Shown: in pieces, positions 12,637 through 24,199 of the stretch
Layout of the letters: each line of letters opens with the position of its first letter
Position numbering within the stretch: the stretch's first letter is position 1
DNA from: Camelus ferus
Taxonomy: Eukaryota
Assembly (NCBI RefSeq): GCF_009834535.1
Contig: NC_045697.1
Coordinates: 94,304,001 to 94,368,000, forward strand
Length of the DNA: 64,000 nt
Direction: 5' to 3'
Notes under the pieces: model-generated
Databases searched by the model: none
What the model saw: only the letters and a program-made list of their open reading frames with translations
Told to the model about the DNA's origin: nothing
Made by a program: the position numbers and the translations under genes

Positions 12637-15169
12637 GCTTAGAATCTCCCTGGAAAGAAATGATTGCATAAGTAAAATTTAAAATAATATAATGTGTACA
12701 ATAAATGTAAGATGAAACTGAAGAAGATAAATATGTATATGGATTTGAGAAAAAGAGCTAGTGGTTGTGCTGAATAGTCACAAGATGAAAAATCAGAAAA
12801 GCGAATGACAGTTTGCAGCAGATGTAGTTAATTTTTATGCTTTCATATTGCATTAATCCAAAATTATCATAAAGGTTTATTAAGTATCTTTAATTATTTT
12901 TATCATAGAAACAAGTTATTTTAACTCTCACTGGTACTGGAGGACAGACAATCTCTTCTCTCTCTGTATAAATCATCCATTTATATAATTCCTAACTGAA
13001 TTACATCAAATAATTAATAAAATCTCAGCTTCATAGTCTTTCTCATATGACTTTTTTTGTATTCAAATGTAATAGGAACATAACAAAAATGTGCTATTAA
13101 CAACTCCCCTTGTGTTGACTTACAAATATAAGCTCTTTATATTGATTCTTACAGATGTTTTCCTGGTGGATTAGTGTTGCCCTCTTTGCTCTCTTTCTTA
13201 TTTTTCAAATTTGTGGTGCATTAAGCCTTGACCAGTGTAGCAAAATGGCAGCAGAAGCATCAACATCCCTGGTCATTGCCTTCAAACTGTGTATCTTTGT
13301 GAAAAAGAATATAAGGCAGTTGTGGGAGGGGAGTGGTCCAAAACATACACAAAAGAGCGGATTAAGAAACACTTTTACCAGTAACTTTCAAATAATGTCT
13401 GTAGTCATAGGAAAATTGTGATCAATTTAAAAACACAGAGAGAGGCGTGGTGAATTTGTTCTACGTTTAGCGGCAGTACTTTTCATTGCTTTATTTTAAC
13501 GTCATCATGTAATATAAAGCCTTAATAGTGAGAGATGAATGCTTTTAAGCAGGGCCTTTTAGTCATTACGACAAAGTTAGCAAGGTCACATCATTGTCAG
13601 TAAAGTTTCTAGAATATAGAAGCATTAATTGCTTTGGTAGATTTAAAAATAAAGTGATTTATTTGCTTTCCAGTTTCCTACCTGGATGTAGCTCAGTTAT
13701 TAGCAGGTGTGGGCACACTGTCCTCTAATCAAAATTTTCAAGCCATCTCTATTAAGAAGTGGGTAAAACAAAGTATTGAAATGCAGATTGCATTGATTTG
13801 CTCCAAGTTATTGCAAGGTAAGAGGAAACAGTTATCTTAGGGTAAATCAATATAATCTACATTAAAGTACATTGTCTCTTAGAGTGCCAGGAAATATTCA
13901 GTGATCTCCATTATAAAAGTGGCCATTGTGACCACCTTATGTTGTCAGTCCTTAAATTTATGTCCTTTGCACCTCAAGGTAAGCAAGATTTGTAAACTTT
14001 TTCACAACCTAAATTTAGCTCCCACTGAGCTTCCTCTCAGTGCTTCTAGTTTCTGGTCAGGTAGGGAATTGGTGTCTGTTAATTATATCATAAATAAATA
14101 GGAATAACTGAATTCTGAAGGTTATAGCCTCAAAATATTGATGTCTTTCTATCAATTCTATACCAAAGCATATACCTTTATTATAATTTTGGTTTATTAT
14201 GAAATCATGATTTTCATAAATTTTGGCATCTCAAAAATAAATCTATGTGTTCATTCTGATATTCTAAAAAGTCTCACTAGTGGTACAGCTGACCCTTATC
14301 ACTCTTTTAGTAAGCCAAAGGAATGTTTAATCATTTCCCACACAATATTAATTTATTTGTACAAATGAAAATGAACTGTATCAACTGTGGCTAGGAAAGT
14401 ATAAAACATCAAAGTCAAAACTATTTCATTCACGTACAACTGATTCTTTTATATTATAAATGTATAGGACCAAGAACAAAACACAGGAAGTCTGGAATGT
14501 TTTTTAGTCTCTTCATTGAGATGTATCATAAGAATTTCTGCATTTTTCAATTTACAAAACTTCCATAAGTTCTCAATAATTAAGAGACAAATTCATTTCC
14601 ATATCACAAAATATGATATTGAATGTTAAACAGAGAGGTATGGAAAAAGCGAGGTCTTTGAGATCATGCCCATTATTTCTTGACTGAGGAGTGACTTTTG
14701 TTAGGCCTGTCCCGAGAATCGGGCTGAAATAAATTTCTAGGTCTTCTAGAATATTTGAAAGTTTAAAACTGTGATGCTGTAAGTCCATAAGCATAAATAT
14801 GTTGTAAAACTCTTACAATTACAAATTTAGATAATTTGAAAAGTGACTCTAACCTAGATTTATTTTCAATTTTTGCTTGCAAATATGCATGCAAAATTGC
14901 TTAACAGTCACGCTAAGCATTCCTGACCAAATGTGGTTTTGCATTTTTCCTATATTCTCCATTTCACTTACTGTAGAACTCTTTATTAGCTGTCTAAGAG
15001 CCATCCTTCTCTTCTGATTTATTCATAGTACCTTTGTTTTAAAAATGAGATCTCACAATGCTCTGGGAAGTTGGGTCCCAAATAAATAACAACTTTTCCA
15101 GTTCAATCATAGTACATAACCTTATGCCCTTTCCCCATGATTAGTTTAAGCATAAGCCTTGCCGGCAGA

Positions 15170-15783
15170 TGTAACTGGTGTTCCAAGTTCTTGTCCTATC
15201 CCAGAAAAAATTCATAGACAAGATGTGGAGGCTAAGAAAGTAAAGTGAGGATTTATTAAGGGATGGATAGTATGCCTTCAAAGCGAGAGCAGACAGGCTC
15301 AGGTGAGAGCGCTGCCCTGAGTTTCTTTGGCAAGTTTGTTACATAGGGCATAAAAATAAATGGGCGGAATATTCATTAGGGAGGGAAGGGTCTGGGGTCA
15401 TATTCCCTGATTTTCATCCCAACTCCACCTTCTCAAAAGGAGGAGGGATTTTTGTCCTTATTTAGTCTGGATGGGAAGTGTCATGGCATCAGTGCATGAT
15501 GGGTACTTCTAAACTGCAAGGCTAATTTTATTGTAAGGAGGGCACAGTGAGCAAAGGCTTATATTCGGACATTGGAGATTCCTGTCTTTTCCCACTTTCC
15601 TTTGTTGGCCTCAGGGCCACTTGTCACCCCCAAAGATGTGACCACTTATCAGCCCAGAGATTCTTGCTTTTCTTTCTCTGCCCAGGGATCCCTAGTGCTT
15701 ACGTGATGTATGGTTTCCTGCATTTGGTCCGTGTCTCTTCTTTCTGCCCAATTCCTGCCATTTGGCCTATGCCTGCTCTAATG
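15170..15783 (-). mobile_element. ERV1-class solo LTR, copy 2
   Basis: Aligns end to end with 6710-7347 (e.g. 'taagaaagtaaagtgagga', 'gctgccctgagtttctttggcaagtt', 'tgatgtatggtttcctgcatttgg'); minus-strand AATAAA at 'tttatt' ~15252. Confidence 0.9.
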
Positions 15784-17010
15784 TAAGGATGTCACTAAAT
15801 TCTGTTTTATTTTCTATGTCATTAAATTCTAATCAATAGAATCTACTATAATATCTAATGAAATAATTTAGGAGAAAGTTTTCCTTCCAATGCCAGAGAA
15901 ATATATTAAGGATAAATTGCTCATCTCATCTTTGACAAAGGAATTTGAGAAAGTAATGCCTGCAGTGTTTGCATCTACCTTGTGACCATGTGTTTAGAGA
16001 AAATGTATGAGCAATGGCAATGGAAAGATACAAAGACGGGGAGATTTTTGAGATCATCAGTGTATGTAGCTCTATATCAACCAATTGTAACCACTGGCTT
16101 TCAGATTTCTTACAAAGTAAGATAGTAAATTCATGTAATGTAAGATAATACATTGCCCCAAACTACATTGTTGAGTATAATGTTGCACCCCAAAGTTTTC
16201 CAATTTACTGAAGTCCACAGATGTCCTGTACATTTTCTCTGAAAGATAAATTCACCATATTTACACATATTTCTGTCAGGGGAAACAATCGCCTCTTCAA
16301 GCAACTATAAAAAAATAATACAATGTAATACTTACTTACTCCTGTCATTTTAAGGATCTTTTCTTTTACTTTGAATTAAAGGTGCATTAAGCCCACCACT
16401 TGTGGTCTTGTGAACATCTTTTTTTTTTTTTTTTACCATTTTTAGAATATTTTTCATTAGGTTGCCCTCTCTCCTGTATCATCAATCCTATAAATCAAAT
16501 CTATTATGCTCTAGTATTTCCCAATTTAAAATAGAAATAAAAAGAACATCAAACCACTTCTATATTCTAGTTTTGACCTTTTTCTCTGTTCTTTATATGA
16601 CAGAACTTATTCAAGGTTTTTTCACTACTTTTTTTTTTACACTGTTTTTTGCTCCTTCTCTCTCTCTCAACCCAGTCTAGCCTGTTTTCTGATCCAACAT
16701 TCCCCTTGCTTGAAAGGACATAATTTATTCCATGTTGAAAATCTCAATGGCCCCTCTGCCATTCTCCTTTTGTTTATCCAGTCAACAGCATCCCCGATAG
16801 ACAATACCTTCCTTGTGCAAAACTTCCTCTCCGTTCATGTGACCCAAACATTTCTAGTTTTCCTCTTTAGATGTGGCTGTTCTTTGTAAGCTCCTCTTCT
16901 TAACTAATCTCATAAATGTTGTTTTCTTACTAAAACCATTTTCCTTCTTCGCTCTATCAGAATTTCTCCCTAAGTGATTTCATCTATTTCTGTGATTTAT
17001 GTGTGATTTT

Positions 17011-17351
17011 TGCTGACCTAAAACAGACTACCAGTTATTTCTTCAGCAAAGATGAATTTATTCCAGATCAGCAGAGAATTGCAATTCAGTGTCTGCAACC
17101 ATGGTGAGCCGTGTGCAAGTCCACTCAGGGCAAAGGAAGAAGAATGCTTTTAGAAAGGAGAAAAAGAAGTTAGGAGGACTGTAGTAAACAAAGAGTAAGC
17201 CCATGGCTTTTCATTGGCAGAGACCTTGCCAGGAAAGAAGAGGAGGCTTTCTTCTTCCTGTTGCGCTCCGTGCTCTTTGTAGGACATGAGAGCTCCCCCT
17301 TCTGGGTTCCAAATTCTGCTTAATTGAGGGTTCTGCTTATTAATTTTTACA
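17011..17351 (-). repeat. 3' LTR of provirus
   Basis: tgctgacc...tttttaca; minus-strand AATAAA ('tttatt' ~17057); purine tract abuts it on the minus strand ('tttctccc' 17352-17359 on +). Confidence 0.93.
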
Positions 17352-17729
17352 TTTCTCCCATTTAATCTGTGAAAGCATCACTGATCAAGAGCCAGGTTTA
17401 CTGGTTTCAGTGGCTTTTCGTCCCTCAAGGCCAGGAGGGAGCTTTCCTGGTGCAAAGCCTCATGTTGGAAGAAAGAACACAGATTGGAAACATATTGAGG
17501 TCACATACAAGTAACAAGGAGGGGTAAGAGGGAGGACCCTCAGGTACTTTTTTTTAATCTAAAGTCCATATGTTATCAAAATCATAGACATAACTGATTC
17601 AGTAGGGACAAATGATCAGTGTTTCCAGAATCATCTCTCGTACCTTCAGAGACACAACAAATAAAAGTTATCAAAGGGTTATTTAATTCGCCTGGTTGGC
17701 TACTTTATTGACTACTGTCAAATTCTAGA

Positions 17730-18075
17730 ATTATTTCCTGTTTTTGAGAGGAAGACATTCCAGCATGACACTTTTTGCTTCTTTAAGAGGTCTCAGTCTA
17801 ATAAATGGATACGGGCAGAAGAACAAAGGAGAAAAGGATGTGTACCTTTTAACAAGCCTAAACAGAAAGGAATGGGTTTAGAGACAGAAACTTCTTGAGG
17901 TTCATACTAGATCCCCACTATTTGAAGTGTACTGGTACTCCAAGGCAGGGGCTGTTTTGGTAGGGTTAAGCACTGAGAATGTGGCTCCAGTGTCGATTAG
18001 GACTGGAGGAAACTCACCCCAAATCTGGAGTCTCCAAGCTGATAAAGAGAGAGGACTGAGAAGGGCTCCCATCTT
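17730..18075 (-). pseudogene. pro: ERV aspartic protease remnant
   Basis: 'GEFPPVLIDTGATFSVLNPT' (ORF 17902-18111) plus downstream 'KPIPFCLG...HPFLL...IHLLD*DLL' (degenerate GRD motif); frameshifts and stops. Confidence 0.88.
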
Positions 18076-19481
18076 TACTTGGAGCTGTGAGGCTGGGAAT
18101 AAGGAGGACACTGGAAAAGCTGGTTAGAGGACTGAAGGTACCTCAAGCACTTAAAATTGTAGTAATCTTTTTTCCCAATGTCCTGACTCTTTGCAATAAT
18201 AGCAGAAACTGGGAGGGTTTTGGTTTTGCTTAGGAGCCTTCATTTCCAGGAGTTGAAGATTAAAATTTGTGGCTTTCTTCCTTTGAGATGATTCATCTAC
18301 AGTGTGAGAGAACTGGTTTGCCAGACTAATTAAATCTAGAGTGGACACAGTTTCCCATTATATCCTGATCCTTTTATTAGAAGGGAAAAGTCCCAGTTCA
18401 ACTCATTAATAAACAGCGTTAAGAGGTACTAAGATGAAATCAACATCTGAAGAAAGATCAGAATTTTCCTTAAAAAAATCTGAAGTCTATTGTGATAGTC
18501 ATGAATAGATTCATTATATTTTTTCCTCCAGTCAATAAGCTGATACCTATTTTCCAAAGAACCCCAGGAATTGCTCAATAAAGTTGCCTAGCATTTCCCC
18601 AACCTTTTCATATAATACGTTAGTCAGCTGGTCTCTGGGTTTTATTTTTGGAGACCTTTCTAGATTTTCCCAATTAGTGTTTTTCATCCAATGCTGGGCC
18701 TGGCCTTCACTGACAACCATATGAACTAGTTGATAAAAGTCAGAGAAACCAGGTCGATAAATCTGAATGATTATGTTAAATTTCTCAGCAAATCTGTGAG
18801 GATCTTTTGTTACAAGGGAAAGACCTTGACTATGGCTTATAGTTCTGCTTTAATCCAGGGAGTATAAGAAATTAAGTATTTAGCCTTGGAATCTCAGAAG
18901 GCTTAATTTTAAAGGGACAGGCTCTGGCCAGTTCAAAGGAGAAAGAGGTAGGGTGGATTCAGAGAAAATGGGAAGTTTGGTGAGAGAATTAGTGTGGAGA
19001 GTTGAGGGCATAGTGGAAGCATAGGTAGCATAGAAGAAAAGAGGAAGATAGCTCCAGAGGCAGAGTCTGGCCAGGAGATGCTGGGGGAGAGAGACAACAT
19101 AAAGATAGCACTGGAGGAGGAGCCTGAGGCAAAGAAGTCAAAGAAGAGCCCGAGGCTGTGGGAGCTATTTTATCTCTTTTTAAACCTTTGTTTGCCTCAG
19201 TGAATCTTCAAATCTTATTTTGCAGAGAGGCAATTTTAGACTCCTGATTTACTTTGGGAAGCCTCAAAATACCAATCGATATAAACATTCCACTCACTTC
19301 TGGAAATTTTTAGCTATTACAGTCCAATTTGGTTTTAAGGAAGTTAAGTTTGGGGATATCAAAAGTTCTCAATAATCACCTTTGATATGCCAAATTGTCT
19401 TTGGTCTGGTCTGTCTATTTAGATAGAAGTGCTCACGAGGAAGGACCATGATTTTTACATGTAAAATTCACTGGAGTCCCT

Positions 19482-19517
<36 letters not shown>

Positions 19518-19561
19518 TTGTGGGTGTCACCCTCAAAATACTTAGATAACTGGGATCTCAT
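18076..19561 (-). pseudogene. gag: ERV gag remnant (MA-CA-NC)
   Basis: Start 'MRSQLSK' (likely from MGSQLSK); CA 'PWIKAEL*AIVK../DPHRFAEKFNIIIQIYRPGFSDFYQLVHMVVSEGQAQHWMK'; MHR-like 'NESIHDYHNRLQ'; NC 'CYYCKESGHW'; multiple stops and frameshifts. Confidence 0.9.
19481..19516. repeat. (TG)n microsatellite inside gag
   Basis: Seen directly. Confidence 0.95.
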
Positions 19562-20106
19562 TCCTCAGAGATTTTTCTCCAGACTAAAAGAACAATTTCA
19601 AACAGCTCAATTCAAACAGCTTGCAATTCAAATAGTTCAAACAACCTGCAGGCTTAATACCAGCCTGTTCTAAGAGAATGGCTGGTCCTGGAGGAGCCAA
19701 AGCCTTCTCAACCAGTTCCCATAGAAGAGCCCCTATTCCAAAGAAATGGTCTGAAGGCTGAAAAACAGCACCGTTTTAGTTAAATAACCCCTGCTCCAGA
19801 AGGAATAGGCAGATGGATTCTCAGCCAGTTTCAGTTGAAACAGTCTTATCTCAAAATCAGACCAAAATGCCAAATGAATACTTGAATACAGGACAAGATC
19901 TTAACCAGGGAAGAAAAACCTTAAAATAGATCATGAATAAAGCCTGGAGAGCTTCAAACACAAAGAGGGTGTAAGTTGGAGTCTAGGAGAAAGATGGACC
20001 TTAAAACCCAGGGTTGGCATGAGAAGGAGTGAGGGACAATGGGCTGAATGGTGGCTACCACACATTTGCTCACCAGCCCTGGAGACTCTGGGGAGGTCTT
20101 TCCTGG

Positions 20107-20124
20107 TCCCCCTATGGGCCACCA
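20107..20124 (-). promoter_or_regulatory. Primer-binding site complementary to tRNA-Ile(AAU)
   Basis: + strand tccccctatgggccacca vs tRNA-Ile 3' end tccccgtacgggccacca (16/18), 3 nt from the 5' LTR. Confidence 0.85.
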
Positions 20125-20127
20125 GAA

Positions 20128-20466
20128 TGTTGACCTGAAACAAACAGACTGCCAGATGTTTCTCCAGTAAAGATGGGTCCAGACCAGCAGAGAACTGCAA
20201 CTCAAGGTCTGCAATCATGGTGAGACATGTGCAAGTTTTTGCATGGCAAGGGAAGGAGAATGCTTTTATAGAGAGGAAAATGATGTTAGGAGGGCTAGAG
20301 TAAATAAAGAGCCCATGGCTTTTCATTGATTGAGTCCTTGTCAACTTAGAAGAGGAGTCTTTTTCCTGTTGGGCTTTGCTGTCATCATAGGGTGTGAGAG
20401 CTTCCCCTTCTGGTCTCTCAACTCTCTTTTACTGAGGTTTCTGTTTACTTACTTACTTTTTTTACA
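20128..20466 (-). repeat. 5' LTR of provirus
   Basis: tgttgacc...tttttaca, homologous to 17011-17351, adjacent to the PBS. Confidence 0.93.
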
Positions 20467-20990
20467 TTTTTTATGACTTTCTAGTTGTTATTCCATACCA
20501 GAACTCTCCACTGAGCTCATAAGATGTCTACCTTCTCAATATCTCCATTTGCTTGATTTATAGACATTTAAAATTCTAAAGCATACAAGCTAGAATTCAA
20601 GACATTAGAAACTGTAATTTTTCCTACAATTATTATTATTATTATGATTATTTTTACTGATTAATCTTCCAGCTGCTTATACCATATAGCAGCATAAAGT
20701 TAGAAAACTCTGCTCGGTGGAAGAGAATTTTGCGGATGTAATGTGAAGTTGGGATGATTCTTTTTTCCTGATGAAAGTTAGGTTGGGCCAAAACTCTGTG
20801 GAAGCAGCATGTATGTCCTAGGTCTCTTCCTAGGGCAGTTAAGCATTTCTAAGTGAGAATGAACCCAGAGACAGAGAGCTACAGTTGATATTTTTGCAGA
20901 GCTCATTTCATGTTTAGAAACATTGGAAAACTATGCAGTATCAAGTAGGAGTAGGAATTAAACCTCTAGAAATATAGCCAGTGATTATTT

Positions 20991-21100
20991 ATTTTAAATA
21001 ATTTATTTTTTATTTTAATTTTTTATGGCAGTACTGGGGATTGAACCCAGGACCCATGCATGCTAAGCATGTGCTCTACCACCAAGCTATTTCCCTTCCT
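20991..21100 (-). mobile_element. tRNA-Ala-derived SINE (camelid vic-1 type)
   Basis: Minus strand 'tagcttggtggtagagcacatgcttagcatgcatgggtcctgggttcaatccccagtac' (A and B boxes) + A-rich tail; TSD cagtgattattt at 20979-20990 and 21107-21118. Confidence 0.9.
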
Positions 21101-21799
21101 TGCCATCAGTGATTATTTCTGATGAAACCTGACATTGACTGGATGCAGAGAGACTGTGTGCTCAGCAGTTAGAGTATCAGCTCTGATAGAAGAAAGAGGG
21201 CTGTATGTGGTCTGCTCGCTTGCTTGTTTTTTCCCCCCCTAATGTCCCAAAAACAATCATGGGATTATAAAGAAGTAGTGTGAATGAATAAAGCCAATAA
21301 TATAATCAAAGCACGGGTATATTCACTTGTTAAAGAACTTTACAAATTCCTTCTTATTAAGAAATAAACTATGTGTCTCAGACATTTATAACTAAGCTAA
21401 AAGTCTGTAAAAATTGTATATTTATTTTATTCTGAGTTTCAGATTTAGTACTTCTCAAATATTTTGTTGCCTACACAGTCCTGAGCTAAAGAGCTCCTTT
21501 AGGTTTTGCTATAAAGATGTAAGTAAAATGGAATAAAAACTTTAATGCTCCTGGCAATAGACCTACAAAATCACACCCTGAGCAAAGCATGGGACCTCAT
21601 GATTAAATTATAGAAATGGCTCATTTCTAGATTCTTAGCAAAGAGTGACTGTTTCTTAAGTTGATAAAATTGTGTGTTTCTAGGACAAAACAGAGTACAA
21701 GAGAGAAAATACAGCATTATTTGAGCTACTCTCACAGTATAAATTTATTTATGTATTTATTTATATTTTATACTTTTTTCACTGGGTCTTGCTAATGCA

Positions 21800-22430
21800 G
21801 CTGTTTCTGTTAGATCATATGATAGATTTAAGTTTCATTTTTCAAAATAAAAAATTCCAATTTTCCACATTGATTGTATCATTTTACTTTTTCACCAGCA
21901 GTATATGAGAATTTAATTTCCTCCACATGTTCAATAACATTTTGTGATTGTCTGTTTTTTTTTTAATTGTTGCCAAAATAATGGATTTGTAGGGGTGTTT
22001 TATGCTTTTAATTTGCATTTTTAAAATAAAATGATATTAATGTTAATTATGATGTTAAGCATATTTGATGTGCTTGTTTACCATTCTTGATGTTCTTTTG
22101 TGAATTGTCTGTTAATTCTTTTGTCTATTTCTCATACTGATTTGATTTGTCTTTTTATTATTGATTTATAAGAGTTCTCAACGCAAGTCCTTTGTCAGAT
22201 GTGCATGTAATGAACATTTCTCCCAGTTTGTGACTTGCTTTTCTACATTAAATTTGTGACCTATGAAGAGCAAAGTTTAAAATTTTGATGAAGTTCAATT
22301 CATCAGAATTTCCTTTTATATTCTGTGCTTTTGTTTTCTATTTGAGAAATTTTCTATTTGAGAATTGTTGGCCATTCCAAGATCATAAAGAGCTTTGCTT
22401 ATGTTTTTTTTCTAGAAGTTATATTCTTTG
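21800..22430 (-). mobile_element. Old L1 (L1M-type) ORF2 3' fragment
   Basis: 'caccagcagtatatgaga', 'tttaatttgcattt', 'agtcctttgtcagat', 'ttttgatgaagttcaatt', 'tttctagaagtt'. Confidence 0.85.
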
Positions 22431-23669
22431 AAGCTTTAGAATTTTAAAATATTCATGTTATAAATGGTGTTCTTCTTATATTAATTTAAATATTAAGATG
22501 AAGAATTACATTTCTCTTTTTTTTTAAGTTTTGAAATTTTGTTTTATTATTTTTCCAGAGATGATGATGAAACTAGATAATTATGGAGAACTTTCCATGA
22601 CCCAGAATTATCACATTTGCTGATAAGAACAACTATATAAGGTACTTTCTAACAATCTGTTTTCTATAGTCCTATATAATACAAGCTGAAATAAAAAGAG
22701 GTTATGCTTAGAGTCACTCATCTAGTAAGTAGTATATTTGAGATCTTTCCAAACAGTACAATTTCAACAGCAAACATATTATTAAATATATTATGTCTCA
22801 AATGTGTAATTATACTTGACCAATAATTTAAAAAATTTTTACTAATTTAATACAAAAAGCAAACCTTCAACTTTTGATTGTTCGTCTTAAACACTACAAT
22901 GCATATACATCTTAAAGTTTTAAAAATCATTTGAGAAATTATTTCTACCTTATGCTTTTTATTTATTCTGCATATTTGTGTTTTATTTATATTTTTATTT
23001 GTTGAGATACAGTATGCATTTGGAGTTTTGTTTTTGCTATTGTCTTTCAGAAGAGAAGATTTAGTATGAGTAGTTAAGGACTTGTCATTTCTATGTTGAA
23101 TTGATCCTTTTCAGATGTGTGCTGTGCAAAGGTGTAAATATACTAATCCAAGTAACCTATTTTAGAAAAGTTTTTCATAAATTCCACAGAGATATACTTA
23201 ACATTCTTAAAACAGTTCACTTGTCTGTCTTTCTTTGTGGGACAAATGTCACATATGTATCTGCAAATCCACACCATCAGCAGAATTATATGTGCTCTGT
23301 CATTACTTATTCAGTTCTTTTAATTCACTTGACAAGTTGACACTGGATATGGGTTTTTCCACTCATTTAACTGAATTTACATTTATTTTTCCATTATTTG
23401 TGGACATATTTCTATACATTGAAGACAAAGATGGATGGAAGTAAAGTAAATGGCTAAGGTATATGTCACATAGATCTGAAATGATTTCTGTAGTGACATT
23501 TTACACTCAAAAATAATCTATAAAACTTTTCTAGCATTAAGGGAAATGCTATAAATATTTGGAAAGTATTCACTGAATGAAAAATAAATAACTGAAAAAT
23601 TTCACTACAGATTAACTGAATATTTATAATAAAAATAAGTTGAAATCACCATATCAGTACATCATGTTA

Positions 23670-23890
23670 AATAAGATTGTGGGCTCTGTATCCAGCTATG
23701 TTACTTTCTGATGGTTTTGGGTCAAGCCACCCAGCTTTTTGTTCTCATTGCTTATTCTGTAAAACAGCAATAGTAATAACATTAATTCACTGAATCACAG
23801 TGATACTGAATAATTTACTTATGAAGCACTCTGAACAGTGTTTGACACATATTAAGGGCTAATTAAAAGATAGCTATTATTTTTATTATA
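23670..23890 (+). mobile_element. MIR SINE
   Basis: 'ttctgtaaaacagcaatagtaataac...gaagcactctgaacagtgtttgacacatattaagg...tagctattattttt'. Confidence 0.7.
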
Positions 23891-24199
23891 GATTTCATGT
23901 GTCTTTGGAAAGCAATAGAAAGCTTTATGTCTTTTTTAGTTAGTACTTATTAACTTCATATAGAGGTTTATGGGATTATCTTCATTAGCATTTACAACAC
24001 ATTACCTTGCAAATCCCATTATAAAAAAACAAATTAAGGCTCCCTATTCCCTAAAATTTGTGTCGAGAATCAATGACTTCATCTATCATCTTTCTTTCTT
24101 CCTTTCTTTTTCTCTCCCTTCCTTCCTTCCATATCTCATCTATCTCATCCATTTATCTATCATCTCTTACTATGTGTATGTTATTATCATTCTCTTTCA

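Larger units (their letters stand above)
17011..20466 (-). mobile_element. Class I (gamma-like, ERV1) endogenous provirus: LTR-PBS(Ile)-gag-pro-PPT-LTR, lacking RT/IN/env
   Basis: Two homologous ~340-bp TG..CA LTRs, TTTT on both flanks (plausible 4-bp TSD), PBS, PPT, decayed capsid, zinc-knuckle and DTGA motifs. Confidence 0.95.
16650..20620 (+). mobile_element. L2 fragment split by the ERV (L2 parts ~16650-17010 and 20467-20620)
   Basis: 'tttattccatgttgaaaatctcaatggc...ctccctaagtgatttcatctattt' continues after the ERV as 'atgactttct...gaactctccactgagctc...atctccatttg...tagacatttaaaat'. Confidence 0.7.

Noticed and set aside
13155..13421. 88-aa ORF with a signal-peptide-like hydrophobic N-terminus
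   Set aside because: Hydrophobicity is explained by T-rich DNA; no recognisable mature domain or promoter context
14573..14794. 73-aa minus ORF with a few CpGs
   Set aside because: No matching splice donor and no recognisable homology
6710..15783. Full-length 9-kb provirus between two LTRs
   Set aside because: No PBS/PPT or retroviral coding remnants; the first LTR has its own TSD and the host L2 continues after it
19931..20344. 137-aa minus-strand ORF
   Set aside because: Spans the 5' LTR, PBS and leader of the ERV; no recognisable protein motif
21030..21100. tRNA-Ala gene
   Set aside because: Degenerate stems, A-rich tail and TSD identify a SINE; the same applies to 53990-54068
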